Both the position numbers and the translations under genes were made by a program. DNA of 60,504 nucleotides, the filler included, from Sphacelaria rigidula (Eukaryota), in NCBI GenBank assembly GCA_964200075.2. It is 5 parts of 5 records of this genome, joined end to end, with 100 filler letters (N's around TTAATTAATTAA, not from the genome) between each part and the next. Parts side by side here need not be neighbours in the genome. Positions count along the whole stretch, not along the records: positions 1 to 12,021 come from CAXNAA020004220.1; positions 12,122 to 24,142 come from CAXNAA020004221.1; 3 more parts are not named here. One strand, 5' to 3'. Each line of letters begins with the position of its first letter. Within the stretch, counting starts at the first letter, position 1. Of this stretch, positions 1 to 13,257 are shown in pieces. The notes under the pieces are model-generated. The model had not been told where the DNA came from and did not search any database. It saw only the letters and a list, made by a program, of their open reading frames with translations.

Positions 1-1309
1 GGCGCTGATTGGCTGGGACACATTTTCTTCCATAGCGCCACCGCTACGGCCTTAAACAAAAATCCGTCTGTTTCACCCTCTTCGTCTCTTCATTGCGGTC
101 AGTATGATACCATGTATGCGACTATTGGGTGCGTATTGCGGAAGGCATTTGCTGATGACACACTTTTGGGCGATCACCGTGAACCAGCCTGTATCGTCAA
201 TTTCTTTCATACATCCCTATCCACTACAGCTGGCAATCTGATATAGAGAAATATGGGGAAGAAGGAGAGCAGAGAAGGAAAATTGTAACCAAATTTGACA
301 AGATTTTGCAGAACACGCAAGAAGCCCACGACACCCACGCCGAAACAATACACTCGCACCTACCGTACGTTGAGGCAGTTGGAAGATCTCGCAACGAGAC
401 AAAGCAAGTCAGGATATGTATTTGCTGAGCAAGACAGCATCGACCGCAGTTACAATGGTCGCCGCCGTCGCCATTATCACCACCGTCACAGCCTTTCCAT
501 ACATCTATCTTTTCCATCCGTATCGTGATATCTACATCGCGTATTCGTTATGCTGGTGACCCATCATGCTGTTATTCCGTCCGCGTTGACTACATTAAGC
601 ATCATCACGTGAAATGCACCCCGCTTCTGACCTCTCGGCGTGAGAGAATACACCTCCCTCAGGCATAGATTGTCTCATTAATAATACAATATTATTCCCG
701 TTCAATGTTTGTAATGTTGAGGCCGTATTCTGGAAGAGTAGGCGTTCGGACCCTGTGCACCTGGTATCTGATGATGCTTAAGCTTGACGAACTGGTACTT
801 TGAGGCCGCAGCTAGGTGTTGACGCATCAGTATCGGCAACCCGAGGCATTTTGTGCGCTGGGTGGCTTGGAAAGGTGATCACGAGCAATGCACGCCTCGA
901 TCGGAACATTATTTCATTTCTAATGAAGATTATAGAGGCTACAATATCAAACCGGCGCGGAGGCAGCGGCAGACCTTGCCAGCTCAATTGTTTACTCGGC
1001 TGCTCATCGCTCGATTCTCAAAATAACACACATTACAACCATCGTTCAGGCTTACTGTTAGGGTTGAGGATGCTATCCTCAACGTCAACATGCCGTCTCG
1101 CGCGAGACATGGCAGTGAAGCGAGTCGAACAGAACTGTGTCTTTCGCCACGCACCACTGTGAAGCTGTTCGAGAAAGGGGGCAGCATCTCCATACAGACG
1201 GTACGAGGCCTCGAGCTGAGAGGATAATGACATACTGACCACGGAGGCGGTTGCTCTGGTGTTCCTACTAGAATCAACCTCATATTTGCGGTGAATCGGC
1301 TCCTCCACA

Positions 1310-1746
1310 ACCGGTCGCTCCGGGAGGCCAGTTGGTAATCTCGGAACCTTTTGACGGTTGGGTCGTGGGTTTGATTCTCGGAGCGATCTGAGATTTTCTC
1401 TCACACAGCCCCAACAGTAGAGAACGACAATGTCGTGCGAACACAAAATTCGACTAAATGGTCGACGAAGGAAAGAAACTGCTGAACCAAAGGCAAGCAC
1501 CTTTCAGCTTTGCTTCTCTTGGGTGCGTCTATCATGCGACCACGGCTGGACCCATGGGTGGTCAGTTAAAGTGCGACGATCAATCAAAATCAATAAAAAA
1601 AGCACCGCAGCAGGACGGTGGAGGAGAAAAACAAACAAACATAATCCTGTGTTGGCCTTCTTACTGTGTGACCGCGGCTGCTGCGCCCACAAATAACGAA
1701 AGGTATACACTGCCGTCCGGAATAGATGGGACAATGACACACACAT
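1310..1746 (+). mobile_element. tRNA-derived SINE, family A (copy with nested insertion)
   Basis: Pol III A-box-like (GGCCAGTTGGTA) and B-box-like (GGTTTGATTC) head; body shared with copies at ~21295, ~27125, ~32170, ~48565 and ~55147; (CA)n tail. Confidence 0.75.
1502..1599 (+). mobile_element. 5'-truncated non-LTR retroposon 3' end inserted in SINE A
   Basis: Absent from other SINE A copies; flanked by duplication AAGCACC (1495-1501, 1600-1606); ends in CAATCAAAATCAATAAAAA; related sequence on the minus strand at ~20985-21065. Confidence 0.7.
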
Positions 1747-4700
1747 AAATATGTTGAGCATTCAGGACATTCACTTGATCGACCTTTTTGCGGAGTTCTG
1801 CTGTTTCACTTGGTCTCAATATGGGACAAAGTTCAAGTCTCAATGCTAACGGATGGATCGCGGGTATTCCAGCCCTGCCGGGGCGTGGCTCGCGTCTTAG
1901 AATCGGTACAGCACTGCCGGGTCGAAGCACACAGTAGTGCCAATTTTATCGTGAATCCGAGTTGAGGGCATTTCGTATATTAGGCGCTTCTGACCTATGC
2001 CGTGATGTCCATTACTCGCCATCCGGACGCGTTAGCCAGCGAGTCGCCTGTATCGCCAGGTTCATCCCACCTCGTGAAGGTAAAATAAATGTGACTTCTA
2101 CAGGCTCACAAAATCGACAGCAGTATTATGCAATGCGCAGCGAATTGGCGTGGATCACGGGATGATCGAGCTGTGCCGCACCCAGTGGTACGATACGCTA
2201 CAATTCATTCGGTAGGGTGCAATACGGGGTATAACACCCCTGTTTATCAGATTATGGGCCAATGTTCCCGCACACTGGTACGATCATAGCCTCGAAGTGT
2301 GCCTCTGGAACGACCTAATCGCAATAAAGTCTTCCAGATTCATCAGAAATTTAGGGTCTCGAGTGTACACCCCTGTGCTATTGTTGCCTGTTTTCAACCC
2401 CTTAGAAGGACAACCCTGTATAGACGCATCAACGGAAGATCTAGACGGTATTGAGCGGTACACACGAGATTTTTTCGCAGCACAACAGGCACTGTCGGAT
2501 ATACGGGTATCGGGCTATAGTGCTACCATCAACATGCATGGTCGCTGTATCCTATACCTGTCCATGATCGGCTCCGGCAACCCGGCACTCGCGCGATCTT
2601 TTGTTTGTGAGTCTTTGGGCTGGTCGGGCTATGTCCGTTGCCGTGCGGCAACAGAACGTGAACTATTGTGTCTGTCGTGTCTGTCCTGAGCGTACGGTGG
2701 TACACAGAGAAGCATACAGCCGACGCTGGACGATCTCCGCCCGACAGTAAATCTTGATAGCCACATTAGAGTCATCACTGATGCTGTTGGCTGTTCAGCT
2801 ACTGCATCAAGCCTCAACGGCAGTAAGCACCAGCAGGCCCGAATGATTTAAAGTGCATAGCATGCTGTAAATATCGTACTGCCGCTACTGCACTGACCGC
2901 GCTGAGTACTGAGAGAGTTGTATCGCAATAACAGCACAGAGATTTGTAGCTGCCATTTACGAATTCAAATACAACTGCAGCAAGCTCAGCTGTACTTTCC
3001 TGGGGCGCCCGAAGTGACAAGGAGCGTATCACAGCAAAAGTCAGGAATACTAAGATACAAACCTCATATCGAGCACCATAGTCTCCAAGCACCAAGCTCC
3101 TGCCTACATCAGCGTCCCTAATGGCACGATACCCGGCTTTGCTGGGTAGGGAAACACTCTCCCGCTGGATCTCCGTGATATGACCAAGGAGCGGGAAATG
3201 TTATGAGTAATCGTGTGATTATGACATATATTTGTGCGTGTTCACGTCTATTTGACGACGGCTGTGCAGGAGTCTTCGCGGGTTGCACCATGAGCACAGG
3301 TATGCTGTTCGGGCTGTTGTGGTTCCCACTTCTACTCCTACTGCTTCTTCTATTATTGTTCTTGTGTCGTTAGAACTTTTGAGATTTTTTGGCATGGCGG
3401 GATAGACAGTAATGTGTTTCATGCGTTCCGATGTATAATACGCGCTGCCTCCATGTTAGAAACTCCGGGTGATCGAGTTATTCAATTTTGAAAGGTTCAA
3501 CCGCAGGATTTGATATTGACCACGACCAAAGCACGCCAGTCGCTGCCAAGAGCTTGGGTTCGATAGGAATACACACGGTTTTCTAACAGCTTCGTTGTTC
3601 AGGTACTCTCGTCCATACAAGTCGACCGATCAACCATCGGTTGTCAAAGACACATCGTGGAAAGACAGTGCAGTGGGGTCTACCCTGTAGCGGTGTACAA
3701 GTACCCTTACCGTACGGTATCTGTTCTGATTTGTCTATTTAGTCTCTAACACCTGTACGAGTATGCAGTACAACAGTATTACACCGTCCTGTTGTACTGT
3801 AAGTACCGTGCACCAAAAGCTACAAAACGGCACCACATGATGCTGTTCTGACTTGTGGGCATGAGAACGTGATGAGTGACTGTCTCCTGTCCCTCGTGGA
3901 CCCATAGTTTTGCCAACACGACCACGTGCGTACAAGCTTGGCCCACCAAGAGCTTATAGATTCGCCAGTATCGCCATGCCGAGCTCAATTTTTCGAGTGT
4001 GGAGAGGTTGCATCCTGAAATTTTGACGCGTGATTCGCAAGCTACGGTTCTTCCCGACACTTACGAGTGTTCCCCGAAGCCTTTTTTCGCCACTATACGA
4101 CCGACCAACGTCGACCAACCCCGTTGACCGATCGTGTCTCGGGGGAGAAGTAAAGTTTAGAGAACGTGAGCGCGTGCTGTGGCGAGCACTATCCAATCAC
4201 ATACCACGTGTCATTTCAGGTCCCAACACGAAGAAATGAGCTCCGCTTATCGATATTTGCAGTTACTTGCACCAAGATCGCTTTGGATACAAAAACTCGC
4301 ACTCGATTTGCCCATGGAGTTTTGGCTGTTGCCCACGGAGGACTGTGAATCATTGGATGAGACGTTCGCCGCTCTTCTGTTCGCCTCGGGAGTTACTCGC
4401 TCAGAAATTTTGGCGAATTCGAAATTTTCTTCATGAGAATTTTTCAGGAGATGCACACAAAAAAACCAAAAACCTGATACAACAAGTGCCAACACGGAGA
4501 GGTGACACCTACTTGATAGATTACTGAGGTAGATATCTACCCGTGACCCCCTTTATTGGCAGATAGCAACGATATGCTGAGCTTGCCCTGACCCAGTGCC
4601 TTTCGAAGACATGGCCATGTGACCCAATCTGATTTTCTCGGCTGGTCCAGGTTCTATTTCAATGAGTGATAGCACGCTGGACGTTGAGGTGACAGTATGC

Positions 4701-6705
4701 TTAACACCACGGTGGATATCCAAGTTGGAACCCACCCCACTCCCATCCCCGGGTCAGACGCCTCACTATTTACAGATACCCATGATTGCGGAAGAAGGGC
4801 AAATAGATGACCTTGAAAAATGTGGGACGTGCATGTATGACAGGCACCTCGCTGTGGCCGGGTCAGTTTCGTCCGACAGTGGCACACTTCGGGTGAAGTG
4901 TTTCCAATGACAATCGTGTGGGAATATCGTCAGTTGCACCATGCGGTCGGTAGATACGTTTTCCCCAGGATATCCGGCGTTTGTCGGCGACTTGTCGCAG
5001 AGTTATCCGTAGTGCACTAACGGCGGACTAGCCGATACTTGGTATGCCATATCTACTACGCTTTGTCGTGTAGAAGCGCTTAATAAATGGGCTGATCGAT
5101 CCAACCCATTGGTTATCGCACATTAACTGATCCACCACCATTCTAGCCCGTGTGCAAAGATGAACATAGCCAATGATAATGCACGGAACCATTCGCTGCA
5201 TGTAACTTGAGAAAAATAAATATATTGAAAGGAAGGACGCAAAAAACATCGTAATCCGGAATAAAGAACAAAATCATATTAAAAAATTGAAGATGAAAAC
5301 AAGAAAGATAGCTAGAGCATGCTTAGATCGTGTATCAGCCCCGAGGGAGGCCCCCCGACAGGCGCTTGCCCCATGGTTTCATGTTGAAGGAGATAAGAAC
5401 AGAAGCAAAACAAAACCTAACCCGAAAATAGAGCAAACGAAGAAAAGACAAAGTGACATAGAAAAAGAGATGGAGGAGAGAAAAGAGAAGGGAAAAAAGA
5501 GGAAGAAGACCGAGTCGAACCAAACGCTGAGACGCTGCCGGCCGAGCGTGAACGGCCGCACCAAGTGTGTTCTACTCCGCACGGCAATGGGTTTCACGCG
5601 AGTTCGGCGGCACGTCATGTTCATGGTGGGTGCCGCGCTCCAATATTCAAAGTGACATATCAACGCTGATTAGGGCGGATGTCGTGCAGTCGAATCCTGA
5701 TCGTGGGGTATTTTTCTCTGGTTGCCGTCATCCCGAAACCTGAGAGCAAGAATATCAAAGTAGGAAAAGCGATGAAAATCGTTGCTGGGGTGCTGGTCCA
5801 ATGCTCGATACCATGGTACAACGTGAGGCAGGCAACGGGGGGTAGATGAGTTGATCCCTCAGAGGTACGGACTCGTGACGAGGAGGGGAGAATTTAATCG
5901 TACTTCTACCCCGGCTAACACGTTGTTTGGCGTTTCTATTATGGTGGCGAACCCACACCAAACTGCCTGTACTTTGACATTGCTATACGTATCCTCTACG
6001 AATAGGGGGGCCCAGACGAGCTTCCACCACCCCTGGGTCAAGATGATGCCGCCCTCAAGGAAAATACTATACAAACGCGTGCCAGATGCCTTCGGTTATC
6101 TAGGTTTGTACGTAGAAAGTCGAAGGTCTTAAAGGAGGAACCCACGCAGCGATGATGGGCAATCAACGGTGCGCCTTCTGCTGTCTTCCCCTTTTCCACT
6201 GCATTGCCCCTACGCACACGTTGCTACAACGCTTACGTGCAGTAAGATGCACTGCGCACCAAAGAGTGCAAGGATCGGACAGATGATGATTCGTCTGGAA
6301 ATTACTTGGTTTTAGTATAATTGATTCNNNNNNNNNNGCAGCCCAGACACGTGGAATGGCGAAAAAGTTGCGTGGATTCCCCTTGGACCAGCGGCAACTT
6401 TTTTATCCCTTTTGGGCAACCAGGCCGAAAAAATCGTGGATTTGGTGATCCGAACCCGTGATGACTCGTCCTAACCGTGGAAGAGTGCCATGTCATTTAC
6501 AGATACATGCACACAACCAACGCTGTCCTCTGCTGCTGTTTCAGTTATGATTGGTCATCCTATGGCCGCGGGTCTGAGCGAACAGATTCATGTAAATACA
6601 TGCCTCTGCACTGCGTAGTGGATACAGCCCTCAGGGTCACTGTCGTGTTTTCTCTCGCGCGCAATATTTCTGCTCATTATGCTGTGCCAATATTCACACG
6701 TACAG

Positions 6706-6814
6706 TTGCCGGCTACAATGGCGTGGGTGTGAAGGAAGGAATGCCACGCTTCCTGGTGGCAGCTCGAGACGACGACTCCATGCGCGTCATCGAGGCGTTG
6801 AAACAGCTCTACAG
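6706..6814 (+). CDS. EHD-family ATPase, first recognisable exon (5' boundary uncertain; ATG at 6741 possible)
   Basis: ...DDDSMRVIEALKQLYR resembles the EHD N-terminal helix; donor AG|GTGCAA is phase 2 and matches the next exon. Confidence 0.7.
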
Positions 6815-8517
6815 GTGCAACGAATACGCTGCTCGCGCATGAAACACACCCTTTCACCTTTTTGACGTACGTAGGTACTTTTTATCGGGTGTGAATCTTG
6901 CGTGCAAAAGCTGCGCAGTCGTACCCACCGGTCCTAACGGTGCACAGATATTCCTGAGCCTTCAACAACGGGATGTATTTTCTGAGCTTAGCAACCAGTA
7001 GAATAGTCTTCGTCGCACGCGGGCTTTTTGGAACGTCCGAGGAGGCTTTATTGCAAGTTACACGTGGTGCAGCAGACACGCACGGGGGGTTTTGCACGGT
7101 GTGTGCAAGCCCGGGTACTGTCAGAACTCCGCCACTGCAATAAGATAGCATTGCGCCAACGTGGGTCTCCTGTGCTGCGCAGGTGCGAAGACCTACGTAC
7201 CACGTGCTGTAGGATGTTGTCGACGTCAGTCTTCGCACTTCGCTCGTGCTGTTCGGATGTCGGTGTGCTGTCGCAAGCCCCTCGAATCTTTTTCAATGGG
7301 AATCTATGATGATGGTAGATTTCGAAATCTTGGTTCGTTGGAGAGCGTTAGTCCACCATCTGCTCAACTTCAGCGGTAGACCAATTATTGCGCCCGTTCA
7401 GTCGTCGAGTTGCATCTAACGTTTCACCAAATGGGCAGACTTTTCAGGTTTGATATCTCTGAAGAGTAAAAAGAAAGCCACCTCAGTCCGCGATTGTTAT
7501 TGCCTTATCTCTCACGCCGATACACCCTTCACCCTTTGGGAACCCAACGACGGTTTTTTATTATGGTTAATCGGTATGATTTTCAGTCATTTCGGAAGTC
7601 AAAATGATGCCGAGTTACAAAAACAAAAATCGCCAATTAGTTCCGAAATGGTGCATCTGTTATACGGTATGCCCACAGCAATCGCAATCCCACTCGCACT
7701 GCTTGGTGCCCCTTGCGTATTTTCAGTCTATGGTAGTCACCGTTGAAACAGAGAATTGAGTCAATCTGGAAATCGTCGCCGACTGTGTTCTCGTTCCACT
7801 CGAAAGTTCTGGAATAGGTAGACATTCGACGAAGAAGCAGGTCGTTCAAGGCAAATACTTGCCAAATATAAGTCAGCACCCATTTGCGTTTGGGGGCTGT
7901 TATTATCCGCATTTGGGGTGAAGAACACGGTTGTCCAGCTATAGCGCAGTAATTGGCTAAATATTACAAAACTGGGCCCGGACTACTGTTCATCAAAACC
8001 GTCGGGATTAGGTCGATTCAGCGATGTATCAAAAACTGAATACCTGGGGCTGTGTATTCAGAGGACGCAGCATGACCGGCTAGCCCGTATGCCGTTCCAA
8101 ACTCATCGTGGAGAGGATTTTGCTTCCGAAATGTGTTTCGGATACCAATCTCCATCCATCCTCGAATGTTTGTATCAAGCCTTCAACGTGGTGGGTCATT
8201 GTAATAGAAAAATCTAAAGATATCGCTCTCAACCACAAGTTATTCTTTCTTTCGGTTGTCACCATCTGTTTTTTTCCTTCTCTCCTTACCTTTTTGGTGC
8301 CCTATCTACGCCAGCTTTGCTTCTTCCACGAGTGTTTTCCGCTGATTCCTCATGGATACATGTAACTTGGGACCACAGCTGAAGTCGAAGAGGATCAGTG
8401 AATGTCAAACAGCCGCTTGATTAATCGATCAACTTCTCCATGCCCATTTTGCGGATGGCTCACGCAGCATCGCAGTGCCTCAGAATCTTTCACCCCCGCC
8501 CTCCTCCGTGCTTGCAG

Positions 8518-8647
8518 GAAAAAGCTTCGTCCTACAGAGGAGATGTTTTCGTTCGGCAGCTTTCACTACGACGTCATCACAGACACGGAACTGGACGCCA
8601 AGAGCCAGGTCCTGGTCATTGGACAATATTCCACCGGAAAAACCACG
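8518..8647 (+). CDS. EHD-family ATPase exon (P-loop)
   Basis: KKLRPTEEMFSFGSFHYDVITDTELDAKSQVLVIGQYSTGKTT; TTGCAG| acceptor, |GTGCGT donor. Confidence 0.92.
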
Positions 8648-9666
8648 GTGCGTGCACGGTGGTGTCGGGGGTGCGTCCGTGTCTCTTGTGCTGAATCCCT
8701 CTGGAGATTCCCTCCTAATGAAGTTGCTTTCTATTTTCTATTGTGCCAGTATTTGTTTCGGTGGTATGTTTCTCCTGCATGATTGGAGTCGATGTTTGTC
8801 CCTTTCGGGTTTTTTGGGGGGGGGGTGGGGGTGGCGAGAGAAGCTGTGGGCTGGTGTGAAGATGATACAAACCCCAAACGGCGTGACCGAAAAGACCTTT
8901 ACGTTGAGATTATTACTGTGGAGGTGACTGTGCAAAAATCAACACAAAAAGTGGCGCGCTGTCATACATGGGCTCGAGTAGACTGCTCCGCGGTCAAATT
9001 GTGATGCTTTCCTAAACTGATTGTCAACACGATAGGTAGTACAGTATGTACTCGTTAACCTAAGAATATACTCAAGCTGTCATACAGCTATGAGTTATAT
9101 CGTTTCATACTCACGCTCGTGTAGATCAAGCTGGTATCAACCCGAGAGATTGAGGGGTGCTTGGGAGTGAAAATGGGGGGAGTTGGGGAGGGGAGAAGGG
9201 GTGTGTGCATGATGCGGCTCGGCGGAAAACCGCACAACGAACTACAAGAAGGCATTACTACCTCGAGGCTAGGTCTGCAGGTCTGAGGGGATACGAAACC
9301 GTCAGAAATCTTGATTTCTTGGAGATTGAAATCTGGTACCGCCACTGGCCGTTTGACCCTTGTGTGTGTTTCGAAGGTAGATATGCTAAAAAATCGAACA
9401 GTTGCCGGCGTTAGAGTAAGATCGGATGGTTCTGGGCACCATTCCCAGGTCAGAAGCAAGTTACTACCCTTCGCATGGATGTAATGGCCTTTCGACATTA
9501 TGCACCAAAAACGCCGGCGCTCATGACGCCACATTGATGCCATTCATGTGGGTCTCGGCGTCTTGGCAGAGCCTTGTCCTGAAGCTGTAGTGAAGGGTTT
9601 AAGGATTCACTGCTTGTTCCTCCGTCGCTCTTCTTCCTTCGTCTCACTTGTTTTCTGTGGCCACAG

Positions 9667-9718
9667 TTCATTCGGCACCTTCTCGGGGCGGACTTTCCCA
9701 ACATGAACATCGGCCCGG
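9667..9718 (+). CDS. EHD-family ATPase exon
   Basis: FIRHLLGADFPNMNIGP; CACAG| and |GTGAGT; phase 0 to 1. Confidence 0.92.
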
Positions 9719-9994
9719 GTGAGTATGCGGTATCGAGGATATCATTTATGCTGACGTGATGTACGTTTGGGCTGGATCCACACCGTGTTTCATACCACAG
9801 CTCTGCGAGACCTCCCTGACCCATCAGTCGGAGGGCGGTAGGCTCCTTACACGCCCCTTGATTTTTTTCTCCACGCGAGGGGTTGGGGGCAGCAATCGCG
9901 TTCTTCTCCCTCGCCGATGTTGGCCGTTTACTACGCTATCGGATTGAATACGTTGCCATCAGTTTTTAAGGATGAAGGTTCTTGTCGCGAGTAC

Positions 9995-10140
9995 TTGTCG
10001 TCATGATCCATTGCTGTTGTCGTGATCCATTGTTGTTGTCGTGATCCATTGTTGTTGTCGTGATCCATTGTTGTTATGGCCCATTGCTGTTGTCGTGATC
10101 CATTGTTGTCGTCGTCATTGTGGCCATATTCGTTGTCGTT
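9995..10140. repeat. Intronic minisatellite, ~19-nt unit TCGTGATCCATTGTTGTTG
   Basis: About five imperfect tandem units visible. Confidence 0.85.
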
Positions 10141-10216
10141 GCATTTATTTTCCTCAAGAGGTAAATTTTCCGGAAACTGTGCGCTTGTATTAATCAAATC
10201 TTCACGAAATCGTCAG

Positions 10217-10337
10217 AGCCCACGACGGACAAGTTCACGGTCGTGATGCACGGAGAGCAAGACCTCCCAGTGGAGGGCAACAGCCTAGCGCTAATCAAGG
10301 AGCTGCCGTACGAGGGGCTCACCCGCTTCGGCACCGG
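10217..10337 (+). CDS. EHD-family ATPase exon (G2 region)
   Basis: EPTTDKFTVVMHGEQDLPVEGNSLALIKELPYEGLTRFGTG; phase 1 to 2; |GTGAGC donor. Confidence 0.92.
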
Positions 10338-10895
10338 GTGAGCACTCCCAACCTAGAACTTGCAGCAATGTTTCCTCTTATTGTGTGGCCCTGTCCGTAC
10401 GCCTACGCACAGCGCCTGTGTCCATCTGCTGCACTTTTCTCCATTCGTTTCGCTTTTGTTATTCTGGTGCGCGTTTACTCCCCCCTTCCCTTTTTCGGCA
10501 CGAGTGTGTGGGTCCGCGGAGTAATGAGCCCGTCTCTCTTCTGGTACTTGCTCTGCACGGTTTTCAAGGAACTTTGGATCGAAATTTCCTCTCCTTGTTC
10601 TGCTGATCTGAAACGTTGTCAACAATGCGTTACACAAAGCGACCTCGATGTAAAACCGCATTACTCTGTGGGGGGAAATTATACTCATTTGTACCATGCC
10701 CGCGCCCTCATTAGGTGGATTCTGTCTACTCGTCGAGGAATTCACTTCCACCCTTTGTTCGTTGGCTTGTTTCGCGTCAAGTGGCTGCAGCAGTTTCCCG
10801 AGAAGGTTGACTACATGCGCGCACGATCGTCTGGTTCTGTCGATCCCACTGCGGCATGCGTTCGGTTTTCACTTGACTTCACTTGACGACTGCGC

Positions 10896-11120
10896 CAAAG
10901 CTCAGAAGAGTAGGGCGGTGCGTGTACTACGCCAAGTTGACAGGGGGGTTTAGTGGGTTCGACTCCCACACTGCCTTGAGCAAAACTTTCCGGATGGCGC
11001 CTAGCCCAAATGACTGCCCCGAGGCGGTCTAGCCGAACCTTCAGGTAATCCGCACACGAAGTCGTTCGCGGGGTAAGTGTTGGGACAGGTTTCCTCCTTC
11101 CTTCAAGAAAAGAAAAAAAA
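10896..11120 (+). mobile_element. tRNA-derived SINE, family C, intronic
   Basis: A-box-like AGCTCAG..GTAGGGCG; T-arm GTGGG-TTCGACT-CCCAC; A-rich tail; 11-bp duplication GACGACTGCGC (10885-10895, 11121-11131). Confidence 0.8.
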
Positions 11121-11518
11121 GACGACTGCGCGGTGGGAACCTGGCGCCAACGTTGCCCATTTTTTTGATTTTTTTTTTCAACGGAATGGGATGTCTGTTC
11201 TTCCTTGTTTTACTCTTTTTCCCGATCGGCTTAGAGTGGGCTTTACTGCGCTGTGTTTTTGTAAATCAACGTATTTGTTAATCGCTTCGACCGGTGAGGA
11301 TTTATCATTTTATCCTTTTACCAATTTTTAGCCGCCGACTTCTCTCGAGGCTGTGTTGTAATTTTTGTTCGGCTCGTGGCGCTTTTTTACTTGAAATACA
11401 TTCCTGCAAATCTGTCTTTTTCGCGCAAATATTTCGTGCTTTCACGCATTTCGCGTGTGCGTGTATTTCTATCAAATGTTCGTCATCGTACGTGAAAATT
11501 TTGTTGTGGTTGTGCAAG

Positions 11519-11645
11519 GTTTCTGAACAAGCTCGACGCGGCGATTTCTACGTCGCCATTTTTGAAGAACATCACTCTGGTAGACACTCCAGGGGTACTG
11601 TCCGGCGAGATGCAGAGGCGGCAAAGGGCGTATAACTTCGCGGAC
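11519..11645 (+). CDS. EHD-family ATPase exon (G3 motif); gene truncated by segment end
   Basis: FLNKLDAAISTSPFLKNITLVDTPGVLSGEMQRRQRAYNFAD; phase-2 start matches the previous exon; |GTGAGT donor. Confidence 0.92.
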
Positions 11646-12021
11646 GTGAGTGGTTGATGGACTGAGCAAAACGAATGTATGGAAATATATTAAGGCCGGC
11701 TAAACGCAGCAAAACTTCACATTGCTTCACAAAAATGATCTTGCTTGCTTTTTTTTGTTATTGTGCACATGCTTAGCTTGTTTTGTTTCGCCCCCACCCC
11801 CCCTTCCCCCCGCTGGTCTGGTGAGAACGGGGTGTGCTCCGTCCCGGCTGTGCAGGGGCGGGCCCCCGATGGGGTTGGCATCGGTTGGCGATGACGCTGT
11901 AAAAACACGCCACTCACTGCGTAAACTAGGCCACCAGGTTGCTGATTTGTTTTTGCGCGCTTGCGTTATTTTTTTTTTTGGGGCCAACGTGGTTGTTAGT
12001 GAGCTTAGTTCTGGTTTTACG

Positions 12022-12121
12022 NNNNNNNNNNNNNNNNNNNNNNNNNNNNNNNNNNNNNNNNNNNNTTAATTAATTAANNNNNNNNNNNNNNNNNNNNNNN
12101 NNNNNNNNNNNNNNNNNNNNN
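12022..12121. other. Artificial contig spacer
   Basis: 100 bp of N around TTAATTAATTAA (stop in all six frames). Confidence 0.98.
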
Positions 12122-13257
12122 TTTTTTTTTTTTTTCCGGCGGGTCCCGCCCCCCCCCCCAAAATCCTATTTTTTTTTTTTTCGGGTGGGGAAGGGGGGGG
12201 GGGGGGGGGGGCAAATAATGTTACAAAGGCAACCACGGTACATGTTTACCACGGAACACCAGAGTATTGAGTTTCCCTACATGTGGTTCTATTGATAACT
12301 ACGGTGCAACTCACGACGAAAGGTATCTCAGTCGATAGGTGTCCATAAGACCACCTGAACGTCACACATGGTGAGGTTAGTAGCACCGTACTCATCCGAG
12401 TAAACCGCGTTGATGATCGCCTGCAATATTGACAAGAAGGTGTTGACGATTCCGTCATCATTCTAGACTTCAGGTTCGTATGCGCGTTTTTATCAAATTA
12501 AGTTGCCTTTTTTGCAAGAAAGCTTTTTTTTCCTTGTTTTAAGCCCCATTTAGAGCTCGCTTGTGGTCACTTCTCGCTACTGATTTCACTGATCATCCCT
12601 CCAAAACGCTGTACGTTGCACGCTGTACAATGCACAATGGGTCCCATGGCCCCATGTACAGCTATTGTACAAAATCTTGATTACATTTTTTTCAGTTCAA
12701 CATAGTATCGCGTATCTGAAATATTCAGCGACACGTTTTTTGGATCAGATCCGCAACCATGGCAGTGTGAAGTATTGGAGCCTGTCTGGTGACGAGTCGT
12801 GCAAAAGACCATACAGGTCACTTTCAGGCAACTTTATGCCCGCTTCAAGCACGTTAGAGCCTTTTCAGAATTTTTACGCTCGTTTTAAGCTTTTGTAAAA
12901 AAAATATCCCAAGCCCGAAAACTCCAAAAAAAGGTAAACCTGACGGGCAGCATACGAAGCTAAAGTCTACATCATTTGCGACACGCGAGGAGCGTGCCAC
13001 AAGTTGCTCCGTTGCCGTGCTCTTCGCATACTAGAAGTGCGGAGTGTGAGTGATGCAAAGACGGCTCCTACACCCTCTTGCGTGGGATCGCTTTCGCGTG
13101 AAGCGAACATGAGTGCGCGTCTACGACAACTGCGAACGGGTTGGGCGTCTGGGAGAGGTGAGCTCGTTTGCATTACGCTACCCGCGCCACTCGCCAGGAC
13201 AATGCATTGATGATCTAGCTCATGTAATTTTACCCGTACCTCTTGTTGCCGCCTCAG

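Noticed and set aside
224-1250. Possible decayed transposase on the minus strand
   Set aside because: Only vague motif resemblance across broken frames; cannot be supported without a profile search
10912-10978. tRNA gene
   Set aside because: T-arm is present but no proper D or anticodon arms; it lies within a TSD-flanked, A-tailed SINE
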